Assembly (NCBI GenBank): GCA_013265495.1
Contig: MU058039.1
Coordinates: 126,591 to 190,590 of the forward strand
Origin: Vicugna vicugna
Taxonomy: Eukaryota
DNA: 64,000 nt
Direction: 5' to 3'
The notes under the pieces are model-generated. The model was not told the origin of the DNA, did not search any database, and worked only from the letters and a program-made list of their open reading frames with translations. This document shows positions 26,362 to 38,890 of the stretch, in pieces. Both the position numbers and the translations under genes were made by a program. How positions within the stretch are numbered: position 1 is the stretch's first letter; each line of letters begins with the position of its first letter.

Positions 26362-26457
26362 AAATCCCATTTTCCAAACCAAAACTCATTTCTCAGCTGG
26401 AGCGAGGGGAAGAGCCCTGGAAAGAGGAGAGACAAAGTCTGCTGAGACTCTGCCCAG
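26362..26457 (+). CDS. ZNF875: ZNF875 KRAB-B exon
   Basis: gagcag|AA...CCAG|gtgag; 96 nt; EIPFSKPKLISQLERGEEPWKEERQSLLRLCP. Confidence 0.95.
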
Positions 26458-26739
26458 GTGAGTGTGACACAGGGGAGTTGGACCATCCACAGCGTGGCAG
26501 GTAGGGAAGAAGGAGACATCTCTCAGGTACTGGGGGGAGCTCTTTCTAAGACCCTGAGGCCCCGTAAGGCTGCCTGGTGTGACTTCCTTTCCAGAACAAC
26601 ATCTTGAGTTGATGGAGGGACCTTCCTGGTTGCCTTGTCTCTTTCCTCCACCAGGAAGCTTCCCTGCCTCTCATTTGGTGGTGTTTTTTTGCAGGGGATA
26701 CCAATTCAGTCTGCTGCCATTCTCAGAAATGGGCTTCAT

Positions 26740-29700
26740 TCTGTTTACTTTTGATTTGATATTTGGAAATTACTTCGAAATTACAGAAAGTTTACAAGAA
26801 CAAAAATAGTGCAAAGAATACCTTTTATATCGTCTACACGCATGTATATATATAAATATATATGGTATATATATTATATATATAAAATGGCATGACAAAA
26901 TCACTATTAATATTTTACCCAGTTTGCTTTGTCATGGGCGTGTGCACTATCCCTTTTCCCCCCACCATGTGTGTGAGTATATATTTATGTACATATGTGT
27001 GTGTCTATGTGTAGGCTCATATGTTGATGTTTGTTAAAAGATTTTCCAAGACTGGTAATATTCTAATGTAACAACAGTACAGTTATCAACTTGAGTAAAT
27101 CTGAAACAAGTAAACTTTGATACAATAATTTTATCTAATATCTATGATCTACCTCTCATATTACAATTGTCACTAGACACAGTATATCCTTTTTCCTCTC
27201 CAGAACATGATCCAGTAGTGCATTTACATGTCAACCCTCTTTAGTCTCTCTTAACATAGACCATTTCCATAACCTCTCTGTCTATGATGGCACTGATGGT
27301 TTAGAAGTATACAGTTTCATGGCTCCTGCTTTTTTAACAATTTCATTGAGGTATAACTTATATACCATAACCTACTTAAAAGTGTATAGTCTAACTGTTT
27401 TTAGTAAACTTTTAGGGTTGTGTGATCATCACTTCCATCCAACTTTAGAACATTCCATCACTCCAAAAAGTTACCTTGGATGTATTTGCATCTATCTCCC
27501 ACTTGAGCTCCAGGAAACCATTGATAGGTATCTCTATAGATTTGCTTTTTTCTGGACATTTTATATAAATAGTATCAAAAAATATCATAACTGGCTTCTT
27601 TCAGCATAGTGTTTTCGAGGTTCATCCATGTTGCAGCATGTGTCAGTAATTCATCCTTTTTTATTGCCATGTAATATTCCATTATATGCTATACTATATT
27701 TTGTCTACCTATTCACAGGTTGATGGACATTTGGATTGTGTCCATTTTTTTGTTATTGTGAATAGTGCTGCTAGGAACAGTCATGTACCAGTCTCGATGT
27801 GGACATTTGATTTCACTTCTCTTGGATAGGTAACTAGGAGCAGAATTTTTGGACTGTATGGTGTGTTTATGTTTAGCTTTTTAAGAAACTGCAAAATTAT
27901 TTTCCAAAGTGGCTGTACATTTTTATTAGCATTTATATTTTACATTTCTGTCATATTTTTATTTTCTATTTTTCATTTTTCTAGTAGCAGTGTATTAGGG
28001 TCTCAGTTTCTCTACATCCTTGTCAGCACTTGGAATTGTCTCCGATTTTGATTATGTACATTCTACTGAGTGTGTAGTGGTCTTTCACTGTGGTTTTAAT
28101 TTGCATTTCCCTAATGCCTGGTGATGTTGATCTTTTCATGTGCTCGTTAACCACTGGCATGCCTTCTTTGGTGAAACTGCTACTCAGTTCTTTTGCCCAT
28201 TTTTAAGTTGGGTGGTTTGTCTTCTTTTTGAGTTGTAAGGGTTTTTCACATATTCTAGACACAAGTCTTATATCAGATATAGGATTTTCAGTTATTTTCA
28301 ACTAAAATGAAGTTTCAGAGAAAAGACAAGTCCATGGCTTGTCTTTTCAGTCTCATAATGGTGTCTTTTCAAGCATAAAAGTTTTAAATTTTGATGCTGT
28401 CCAGTTTAACAATTTTGTTTTTAATGAATCGTGCTTTTGGTGGTATAACTAAGAAGTTTGCTTAACACAAAGCCACAAAAATTTTCTTCTTTGGTTTCTT
28501 CTAGACATTTTATACTTTCAGCTTTTACACTTAGGGCTGTGATCCATTTTGAGTTAATTTTTATGTATCAAGTGAAAGTCTAAATTCTAAATTTTCTTGC
28601 ATATGAATATTCAGTTGTCTTGGCAGTATTTGTTAAAAAGAGTATGCTTTCCCTCTTTCAACTGTCTTGGCACCTTTGTCAAAAATCAATTGACTGTAAA
28701 TCTAAGGGTTCATTTCTGTACTCCTAATTTTGTTCCAGTGATCTCTATGCCTCTTATGACAGTAGCACACTATCTTCATTATTGGGGCCTTACATTAAGT
28801 TTTAAAGTTGAGTAGTGTAAATCCTCTAACTTTTTCAAAATCATTTTGGCTCTTCTCTGTCTCTTGAATTGCCACACAAATTTTAGAGTCATATTGTCAG
28901 TTTCTACAAAACAAAACAAAACAAAACAGTCCGGCTCTGGTTGTGTTAGGGATTGCATTGAATCTATAGATCAATTTAGGGAAAATCACAGTTTTAATGA
29001 TACTGAGTCTTCTAATCTATGATTATCTATTTAGGACTAATTTCTCTCAGCAGTGTTTGCAAATGTTCAGTTTGCATGTCTTATGATAACTTTTGTCAAA
29101 TTTATTCCTCAATATTTTATTATTACCTATGTTACTGTGGATGGTGTTGTTTTCTTAATTTCATTTGTGGAATGTTCATTCCTAGTATGCAGAAATACAA
29201 TTGATTTTTGTATTTTGAGCTCTTATCATATTACCTTACTAAATACAATGCTCATTTATTGTCCCTTTTTTGACGATTCCTTGGAATTTTGTACATACGG
29301 GGTCATATAATCTGTAAACGGAAGAGAGGCTTACATCTTCCAATTTAGATGTCTCTAACTTCTTTCTTCTCCTCTTCCTTGTTCTGCTGCTCCCCTCCTT
29401 CTCCTCATCCTCCTTTAGCTTTTTGGCTAGAACCTCCAGTGCAGTGTAGAGTGGAGTTGTTGATAACAGACACCTTTGTCTTGTTTCTGAACTTAGGGGA
29501 AAACATTCAGCCTTTTACCATTAAGTATGATGTTAGCTGTGATCTTAGCTGTAGGTTTTATGTAGATGCCCTTTATCAGGTTGAGGAAATTCAGTTCAAT
29601 TCCTAGTTTGTTGAATGTTTTTATTATTTATGGGTATTGGATTTTCTCCATCGATTGAGATGGACATGTAGTATTTGTCTTTATTTTGTTAATATGATCT

Positions 29701-31330
29701 ATTTCATTAATTGATTTTCAGATGTTAAATGAACTTTGCAATCCTAGAATAAACTCCACCTTACTGTAGTGTATAATTCTTTTTGGCTTACTGCTGGATT
29801 TAGTTTTCTAATATTTTTTAGGGATTTTGTCACTCATGTTTACAAGGGGTATTGATCTGTATTTTACTTTTTTTTTTTTCACTTTCTTTTTGATATCTTT
29901 GTCTGGCTTTGGTATCTGGATAATGACTACGTAGAATGAGTTGGGAGATTTTCTCTCCTTCTCTATTTCTGAAAGAGTTTGTGAAGGATTTGTATCATTT
30001 CTTCTTTAAATATTGGTGAAGACACTTGGACAGGGGCTTGTCTTTTTGGGAAGACTTTTAATTAACTAATTCAGTCTTGTCACTTATTACAGGTCTATTC
30101 AGATAGTCTAGCTTTTATTGAGTTAGTCTTGGTAGCTTGTGTCTTTTTAGACTTTTTCTGTTTTGCCTTTGTTGTCTAGTTGTTGGCATAAAGTTTTTAT
30201 AATACTCCCTTTTAATTTCTGTGAGGTCAGTAATGATGTTCTGTTTAATTTCTGATTTGATAGTTTCTGTCTTTATTTTTTCTTCTAGCTAAAGATTACT
30301 CAATTTTATAGAGCTTTTCAAAAAACAACTTTTAATTTCATTGGTTTTTCTCTATTCATTTATGATTTTCTATTTGATTAATTTCTTGTAAATGTGTATT
30401 ATTTCTTTCCTTCTGCTTGTTTAATGCTTAATTTGCTCTTTTTCTAATTTCTTAAGATAGAATCGTGGATGATTGATTTGAAACCATTCTTCTCAAATAC
30501 AAGCATTTAAAGCTATAAATATCTTTCTAATCACTTCTTTAGCTGCAGCCCATAAACTTTATTATGCTGGGTTTAGTTTTCATTCAGTTCAAAATATATT
30601 TCAATTTTTCTTCTGATTTCTTCTCTGACCCATGAGTTACTTAGAGGTGTCTTGTTTAATTTCCACATATTTGTGGTTTTTCCGTCTTTCGTTCCTTTTC
30701 TGGTTTCTAATTTAATTCCTTTGTGGTAGGGAAAACATATTTTGTATAATTTTAACCTTTTTAAGTTTACTGAGACTTGGTTTTTTGCCTAACGTATGAT
30801 CTGTCCTGGAGAACGTTCTGTGTGTACTTGAAAAGAATATGCATTTGGCAATTGTTGGATGAAGTGTTCCATACGTGTCAGTTTGGTCAAGTTGGTTGAA
30901 ACCCTATGGATTTCTGGGGCTCTTTGTTTTTCTTCAGTCATTCTTTCACTCTGTTCTACCATTTTAGGTAATTTCTAATGATTTCTCTTCAAGTTCACTG
31001 GTTCTGTTACAAAGTCAAACATGCTATTGTATCTGCCTAGTAACTTTGTAATTTTAGTTATTTTACTTCTTAATTCAGAATTTCCTTTTGTTTCTTATTA
31101 ATGGTTTCTATTCTTTATTGAGATTCTCCATTTTAAGTTGTTATCATACTTGCTTTTAATTTTTCACACAGTGTTTTCTTTTTGTTTGTTTTTACTTTCT
31201 CACACATTGTTTTCTTTAGTTCTTTGAATATAGTCATAGTATCAGTTTTGAAATCTCTTTTGTCCCTAAGTGTGGGTCACTCTTTCCTGTTTCTTTGAAA
31301 ACTGGATATTTTAAATGTTATATCGTAGCC
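26740..31330 (-). mobile_element. Large antisense L1M (3'UTR, ORF2 and ORF1 remnants) filling the last ZNF875 intron
   Basis: Continuous T-rich sequence with antisense L1 ORF2 motifs (gggattgcattgaatctatagatcaatttagg; ccattaagtatgatgttagctgt). Confidence 0.85.
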
Positions 31331-31555
31331 ATACAAAAAGCAGGTTGCAGGCTGGATTTGGCCCACTGATCAAGTTTGCAGATTTTTGCGATAAAAAATG
31401 TAATGTATAAAGTGAAATGAAAAGTAGATCTTGGGAAGGGTGGCTGAGTGCGAGGCAGTAATGCAAACATATTATGAATGACCAGTGGGCAAAGCAAAAT
31501 TACCTAGCAGCCCTATCCGTGACTGCTCTGACTAAAAACATTCTTTATTCAGCAG

Positions 31556-33210
31556 GATCAAAGCTGGAAACTCAGCCTTGTTCCCCCTGTCCTCCAGCAT
31601 TCTCTAGTCAGCAAGCCCTCAGCCAACATGTGTGGCTCAGTCATCTCCCTCAGCTGCTCTCAAGTTTATGTGCAGGAAATCATCTCCGTCCAGGGAAACC
31701 CTATTCAGAAGATCAGGAACAGCAGCAGGAGCAGCTCTCTGGTCAAACCTGCTTGAGCAACAAAGTAGACATTCAAGAGAGAGAAGAAGATTCCAAGCCC
31801 GTGTGTGGGAGAGAAAGCAGAAGCTGGACTTCGGAGGTGTTCTCCAGCCTCCCGGAAGAACAGCCAGTAAGGGCCAAGGAAGACCACTTAGTGGTGGATG
31901 TAGGGCCCAGCCCAGAGGAAATACTGTGTGGTTTAGAAGTCTCAGGATTTGGAGCAATCAGATATGGAGAGCTTGGGCTAGGCTTTATCAAGGAGTCAAA
32001 CCAGCTCAGCCTCCAGAAGACACACACGGGAGAGACACCTTACATGTACACGGAGTGGAGACAAAGCTTTAGCAGTATGTCAGTCCTCATCAGAAACCAG
32101 AGGACACACTCTGCGGAAAAGCCTTATGTGTGCAGGGAATGTGGGCGAGGCTTTACCTGGAAATCAAACCTTGTCACCCACCAGAGGACACACTCAGGGG
32201 AGAAACCTTACATGTGCAAGGAATGTGGACGAGGCTTTACCTGGAAGTCAAACCTCTTCACACATCAGCGGACACACTCAGGGGTCAGGCCTTACATGTG
32301 CAAGGAATGTGGGCAGAGCTTTAGCCTGAAGTCGAACCTCATCACACACCAGAGGGCACACTCTGGGGAGAAGCCTTATGTTTGCAGGGAATGTGGGCGA
32401 GCCTTTCGCCAGCATTCACACCTCATCAGACATAAGAGGATACATTCAGGAGAGAAGCCTTATGTTTGCAGGGAATGTGAGCAAGGCTTTAGCCAGAAGT
32501 CACACCTCAGTAGACACTTAAGGACACACACAGGAGGGAAGCCTTATGTGTGCACAGAATGTGGGCGTCACTTTAGCTGGAAATCAAACCTCAAGACACA
32601 CCAGCGAACACACTCAGGGCTTAAACCTTATGTGTGCCTGGAGTGTGGGCAGTGCTTTAGCCTGAAGTCAAACCTCAACAAACACCAGAGGTCACACACT
32701 GGGGAGAAGCCATTTTTATGCAGGGAGTGTGGGAGAGCCTTCACCCGGAAATCAACCCTCATCACACACCAGAGGACGCACTCCGGGGAGAAGCCATTTG
32801 TATGCAGGGAGTGTGGCCGAGGCTTTAACGATAAGTCAACCCTCATCTCACACCAGAGGACACACTCAGGGGAAAAGCCTTTCATGTGCAGGGAGTGTGG
32901 CAGAAGGTTTAGCCAGAAGCCAAACCTCTTTCGGCACAAGAGGGCACACTCAGGTGATACACCCTTTGTGTGCAGGGAGTGTGGGCAAGGCTTTTGTGAT
33001 AAGTTAACTCTCATTACACACCAGAGGGCACACTCAGGGGGGAAGCCCCATGTGTGCAGGGAGTGTGGGCAGGGCTTTAGCCGACAGTCACACCTAATTA
33101 GACACCAGAGGATACATTCAGGAGAGAAGCCTTATGTTTGTAGGAAGTGTGGGCAAGGATTTAGTCGGAAATCAAACCTTATCAGGCATCAGAGGACACA
33201 CTCAGGATAG
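31556..33210 (+). CDS. ZNF875: ZNF875/HKR1 terminal zinc-finger exon, 13 tandem C2H2 fingers
   Basis: Phase-1 acceptor tcagcag|GA in frame with ORF 31474..33210; spliced CDS 33+127+96+1655=1911 nt (636 aa); spacer FSSQQALSQHVWLSHL and finger helices (WKSN, QHSH, DKST, QKPN) match recalled human HKR1. Confidence 0.93.
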
Positions 33211-34222
33211 AAACCTTGAGTGTACAAGGAGTGTAGTGAAACCTTTAGCCAATAATCACCCTTCATGAGCCACCAGAGGTCACACCCAAGGCTGTGGCTT
33301 TAGTAAGAAATCCGCCATTGCCGGACACTAAAGCAGGGACATCTTATGTGTGATGGGAGTGCTCATGAGACTGTTAACTGTAAGGGTCAACGTCTCTAGC
33401 CCACCTGAAGAATTGCTGGCCCGTTTTCAGGAGCTCTGGCTTTCCCTAGTGGGGATGGAGGTTGTGGACAGCTCTCAGGTAACTTGATGGGGGAGAGTAC
33501 TTCTTAAGTAGGTTGAAATGAGAGAATGGACACTATTCTAATGTTGTTTCCCAAGTATTCTTGAGCTCTCCTTCCACAGTAACCTGGATGTTAAGGAAAC
33601 AACAGTTCTAGAGCTCATATTTAATGTCTGCCTGGCCTTCTGCGAACAAGAGGCTTGACAGAAACCATGGCTGATTTAATCTTAGTTCCCCAGAGCATAA
33701 CCCAGCAGAGTCAGCTTTAGGGAGAGCTTGGGAAATGGTGAACTCATGGGGACAGAGAGAGTGCGTGGGTAGAAGGTTTTATTAGACAGAGGGCTGACAG
33801 GTAAGAAAGACTAACTATTGTAGCTCTAGGTTTGGGAAGAGGTGTCCATTTTTGGAAATACCGTACGTTTGCTCGCTTCCTGGGGCACTCTCTGGTTTCC
33901 AGGTTGAATCCATACTGAAGCTATTTTTATTAACTAGTGCATTTAGCCTAGAAATGTGTTATTTAGTGTTACGAAGAAAACGTGCACATATATACAGAAA
34001 CACAAAATGAAATTACTTTCTATTCTTTGAATCACCATACAACATCCCATTAGTAATTATTTGGTTTAAATCTTTCCACCTGTTGTAAAATATACTACTT
34101 TTTTGGTTGAGGATACTCTCTTTTTGAAAATGACCATGTCCCACAAATTCACTTAGGATTTTGTCCCAAGGCCCAGGTTTTTTTCATGAAACTTGACTAA
34201 TGATTGTGAATTTTATTTGGAA

Positions 34223-34425
34223 AATAAAAATTTCCAAGAATGGGCAGGAAGTATAGGAATTGTATAATAACATACATCTTTTTATCTGTGTATAGGTGTT
34301 TAGAATAGATATTTAAAACCATAAGAAAACAAAATATATGAGTATTTAGAAAGTGGTGAAGCAGGATTTCAAGTACAAGATTCAGTGCTTGGATCATTGA
34401 CCCTCAATTTAGGGAAAGAAATAAA
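34223..34425 (+). terminator. ZNF875: Candidate ZNF875 polyadenylation signals (AATAAA at 34223 and 34420)
   Basis: AATAAA hexamers 1.0-1.2 kb after the stop codon; usage unverified. Confidence 0.35.
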
Positions 34426-35534
34426 AGAGGTCCCCAAATTTCAACACCCAAAGGAGTGTGTTAGGGACTCACTATCTCAAATAGTATGAGGTGTAGAGTT
34501 TTACTTTTTGTTCAAAATCTGAGTTTGAGTGGAGTGAGCAGAACCTGGTGGAAAATTATGAAGTATTATCCTAGATGGAGCAAGTGCCATGGCTTTTCTT
34601 CTTCCTCTCTGTGGTAAATCCTGGCCCAATGCCCTTGCTCTTTCACAGCAGAAAAATACATTTTGTGTTTTAATCTCTTTGAGTCTTAGACTCTAATTAT
34701 TCTTTTGCATAAAATCATGTCACAAAAAGAAGGATTCCAAAATTAAACGTGTACCATTTACTGCTTTTTAACTTTTAGAAGGAATATTTCAGTTTTCAGT
34801 GTAATCAGTACTTTAAAAAAAAAAAAGATTTTGCCCTGAAGTATTTAAAACTCTCAACAGGGAAAAAAAAAAAAAAAGAGCACTGCCAGTATATGAAGAG
34901 TCAAGCAGATCCAAAGAGATACAAACCCTGGGAGACATTTCTGTGGAGCAGCAACCAAACAGAAGGACCTGGAAATGTTCTGAGAAAGGGGTAGAAAGAA
35001 GTCCCATCCTTTGGCCCTGTCCAGACCCACCTCTACTGATTCTTAAACCCACATAAGGCCTCCTGCCCGAGAGGAGACAGAATTGGGACAGGTAACCTGA
35101 GTTGTCCATCGGGGCCTAACATTAAAATCTGTGTGCAAATTTGGAAGCTGAATAGAAGGCAAACACGACATGGTATTCAGATAAGTCTTCTCAGTCATGT
35201 GTTTTTATTTTTTATTTTTTTCAATCTATGTCTGGATTACCAATCCACTAGTGCCCCCCACTTCATATCCTGAGGTGTTAGGTCTAGATGTTTAAAACAG
35301 ACAGAAAAAGTGGCCCAGACCAACCGCTGCCCATCCTGCCAATCCTCTGGTAAGTAGTAGACTATAAAGCATGGAGAAGTTTTTGAAGAAAAGATGATAA
35401 ACAGTATGAAACAATGAGTATTGCTTCAAATCCATTAAGCCTGTTATGGTCACCATTGAAATGTTCCAGATTAAAAAGAGTTTGCAGTAAATTTTAATAT
35501 AACTTTCATTTAATTCTGTTCTATTATTATGGAT

Positions 35535-36830
35535 CAGTGGTTCTCTGAGTGTGGTCAGAGGGTGTTTGGGGGCTCTTTCAAGTGATCTGCATGGCCAAAA
35601 CAAATTTCATTGTAACTCTTAAGGCATTGCTTGCTTTTTGTTGCTGCGCTGGAATTTGTGCTGATGGTGCAAAAGCAGCGTGGATAAAACTGCTGGCTTT
35701 AACATGAATCAAGGCAGTGTCACCAAATCGTACTTCTAGTTATTGTATTCTTTTCTTCCCCTGACTTGTGGTTAAAAAAAAAAGCCAATTCCACTTGAAT
35801 AACATTCTTATTCATAAAATAGTAAAAATTTAATTTTGTTGAATTTTGACCTTTGAGTAAAACATTTTAAAATTATACTTTTAATTTTGAGATAATTGTA
35901 GATTAACACACAGTTGTAAGAAGTTATATAGGGAGATCCCATGTACTCTGGCCGTTTTACTCCAATGGTAATGTTTTATAAAACAGCACTGTAATATCAC
36001 AGTTAGGATACTAAAGTTGATCCAAACACATCTTTTAAAAATTTTATGTGATGAAAAGAGAAATACTCATAAAGTCCTTCATGTTGAAGTATGAAGTTGT
36101 TTCAAGGAAATGCACTTCTATGATTGTTTTATTTGTGAGCCAAACCAGCTACCTTTTTATGGACATCAAATTTATTTGAAATATTAGGTGACAGATTTTG
36201 AATAAGATGACTCAGACTTGGATATTTGATAGACATTTTATCAAAATTGAAGTGATTTTTAAACTGACAATAAAGAACACTGATAGTAATTCTTGTTAAT
36301 TTGATTTTCAAGCAAAAAATTAGAATATCATGAAAAACAAGATATCGCCACCATGAACTTGACCCCCTCCCAATACTTAGTCCTTTGTGATGAGATCGGT
36401 GATGCTAATAATGAATGTGATTTTATAATACCATATAATGAAATATGGCAATGAGAGATCTGCCTAATTCACTAAATCAATATTTTCCAAATGATTAGTA
36501 CATAATGCTGCAGTATCATCTGTGGGTATATTAAAGTATAAGATAGACAAATGGGTTTTAATTTAAGAGCTAAAAAGCCAGATTCCACATTATAAGTAAC
36601 CTTTAAAAAATTACCACTTGTTGCTTGTTGGTATAATATCAAAGAATAATATTGAGACAATTACTGAAAAGTTCATTAAAACACTTGTCCATTTTCTAAC
36701 TATATCTGTGTGAGGCCAGATTTTCCTTATTTATGTCAACAGATTAACTGTAGGAGCACGTATAAAATAGTAGCTATATTCTGTTAAACTGGACATTGAA
36801 GAGATTTGCAAAAAGATAAAACAACACTTC
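35535..36830. mobile_element. hAT Charlie1-like DNA transposon remnant (interrupted)
   Basis: Begins cagtggttctc...; recognised internal motifs (gatggtgcaaaagca, tgtgtgaggccagattttc). Confidence 0.65.
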
Positions 36831-38319
36831 TCACCTTTTTTTAGGGTGGAAAATGTTCAAACCCAAGTAAAACTGAAACACTTTACTTTTCACCTTTAAG
36901 TGTATTGTTTCTAGATGTTTATGGTCTATAACCCACAGTGGAAAACACTTCACTGTCACATACACCAGAAAAAAAAAGTTATATTCTAATACCTAAACTA
37001 CTATTAACATCTATGCTTTATATAATTTAAACTAGGCATAGAAGAAACAAATGCAGAGAAAATGCTTGTTAACACCTACTGACGGAGGTAAACCTGCCAT
37101 GCTGCTCTATCGAGACAAAACAGGAACTTGGGGGATATTCATTTCTAGAACTAAATGATATAATTACTTAATCTCCTCCATGCTTGTGGCTGTGTATCTC
37201 TTTCTGAATATTCTTGCCAATTATGTTTTTCTATTTTTTAATCTTTCCTTTGTAATGTATCTTTTTATATCTACATTTTTAAATCAAAGAAGCAGCTTTA
37301 TGCTTTTAATCATTTCTTTAGTGTGTCTTTTTATTTTATATTTTGTTAATTTCTGGTAATATTTACTAATTTCAAGCTAATTTCCTTTTTATTGTATTGT
37401 TTTTCAAGCTTATTTAATCAATTTGGTTTATATATCATCTTTTTACTATTCTGAAAGTTCATTTCTAAATGGTACATATTTCTCATTTTATTTTCCCTTT
37501 TAGACAAGAATTACTGTTTCAAAAAGTGCTTACAAATGGCTAGTTGGCTATATTTATTTTTACAAGATCCTAGTATTTAGCTTTTTATGTTATAGCATTG
37601 TAATCAATGTATTTTGTGATTTCTTCCATTTTAATTCATGAAGTTTAGTTTTGAATGTGATCAAGCTCTGAATCTTAAAGCAAATATTTAATGTGTGAGT
37701 GTATATACCTATTTTAATAATATACCAAAATTAACACAAAAGTTTATAAAATTTGATGTTTTTCAATATAGTTATTTTATTCTCCTGTTGTTTTGATTAA
37801 TGATCTATCTTTACTTTTATTTATTAATTTATATTATGTTTAGCACATGTAAAGTTAGTGATATAAATGTAAATATAAATATTATTAATAGAACAAATGC
37901 CATTATGTTCACCCCAGCAGAAGAAATAAGCCTTATTATTTTTAAAAATAATTATTTTTAAAAACTTAGTACTTAAATTTCTATAAGTGATATTATAAAT
38001 AAATTTATGATCATGTTAGGAAACATTTCTCCATGTATTTCCATCCAATTTTGCCTAATACATTTCAAAGCTATTTTATTTAGCTCTATGGAAATTAATA
38101 ACATTTCTTCTTGATGAATTTTCCCTTCTAAAACCATGGAGCAACTTCAGGTCCCATTCAGTATTTCTAATTCGTCTGCTTTCAATAGTGTTGCACTTGC
38201 CTTTTTTGGTAGTATTTACTTTTTTAAGTAAAATTACTTTACTGCTTTTGGTAATATTTTCATTTTGATATTATTATTTTGTGAATAAAGTATTCACAAA
38301 GTAAGTATTTTAAACTTTG

Positions 38320-38890
38320 TATAGTACTGAAAGCCATAGTCAGACCAATTAGGTACGAAAGAGAAGTAAAAGTCATCTGAATTGAAAAGGAAGCAATAAA
38401 ACTATCTCTATTTGCAGACAACATCATTCTATACATAGAAAATGTAGATGAATTCATTAAGAAACTACAAAAACCTAATATATAGGTTCAGTGAAGCTAC
38501 AGAATACTAGATTAACATGCAAAAATTAGTTGTTATATCTCTACTTAACTGAATCATTTTGCTATGCACCAGAAAATAACACAACATTGTAGAGCAAGTA
38601 TACTGGAAAAAAAAAAAATCAGTTGTATTTTCATAGCCACCAAGGAACCATCAGAAAGGGAAATTGAGAAAACCATCCCATTTACAACAGCATCAAAAAG
38701 AATAAAATACCTAAAAATAACTTTAACCAAGGAGGTAAAAAGACTTGTACACTGAAAACTGCAAAACAATTAAAAAAAAAAGAAAAACTATAAACCTATA
38801 AAATTTAAGAAGATCTTAATAAATGTAATGGTATCCCATGTTCATGGATTGAAAGACTTAATATTGGTAAGATGTCAATACTACCTGAAG
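38320..38890 (+). mobile_element. L1 ORF2 (RT region) fragment with nested L1 3' tip
   Basis: ctatttgcagacaacat (LFAD-like), IPFTTASKRIKYL, atcccatgttcatggattgaaagact. Confidence 0.85.

Noticed and set aside
31474..31555. ATG of the 578-aa ORF as the ZNF875 start
   Set aside because: It is intronic read-through; a phase-1 acceptor at 31552/31555 joins the KRAB exons in frame
32628..33014. Antisense ORFs over finger exons (also 2630-3001)
   Set aside because: A common by-product of C2H2 codon patterns
32117..33207. Regular 84-bp repeats as a CRISPR-like or novel array
   Set aside because: These are ordinary C2H2 finger codons with no repeat-spacer structure
31556..33210. Calling this gene PRDM9 or PRDM7
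   Set aside because: No SSXRD or PR/SET exons were seen, it has canonical KRAB-A and KRAB-B, and the fingers match HKR1
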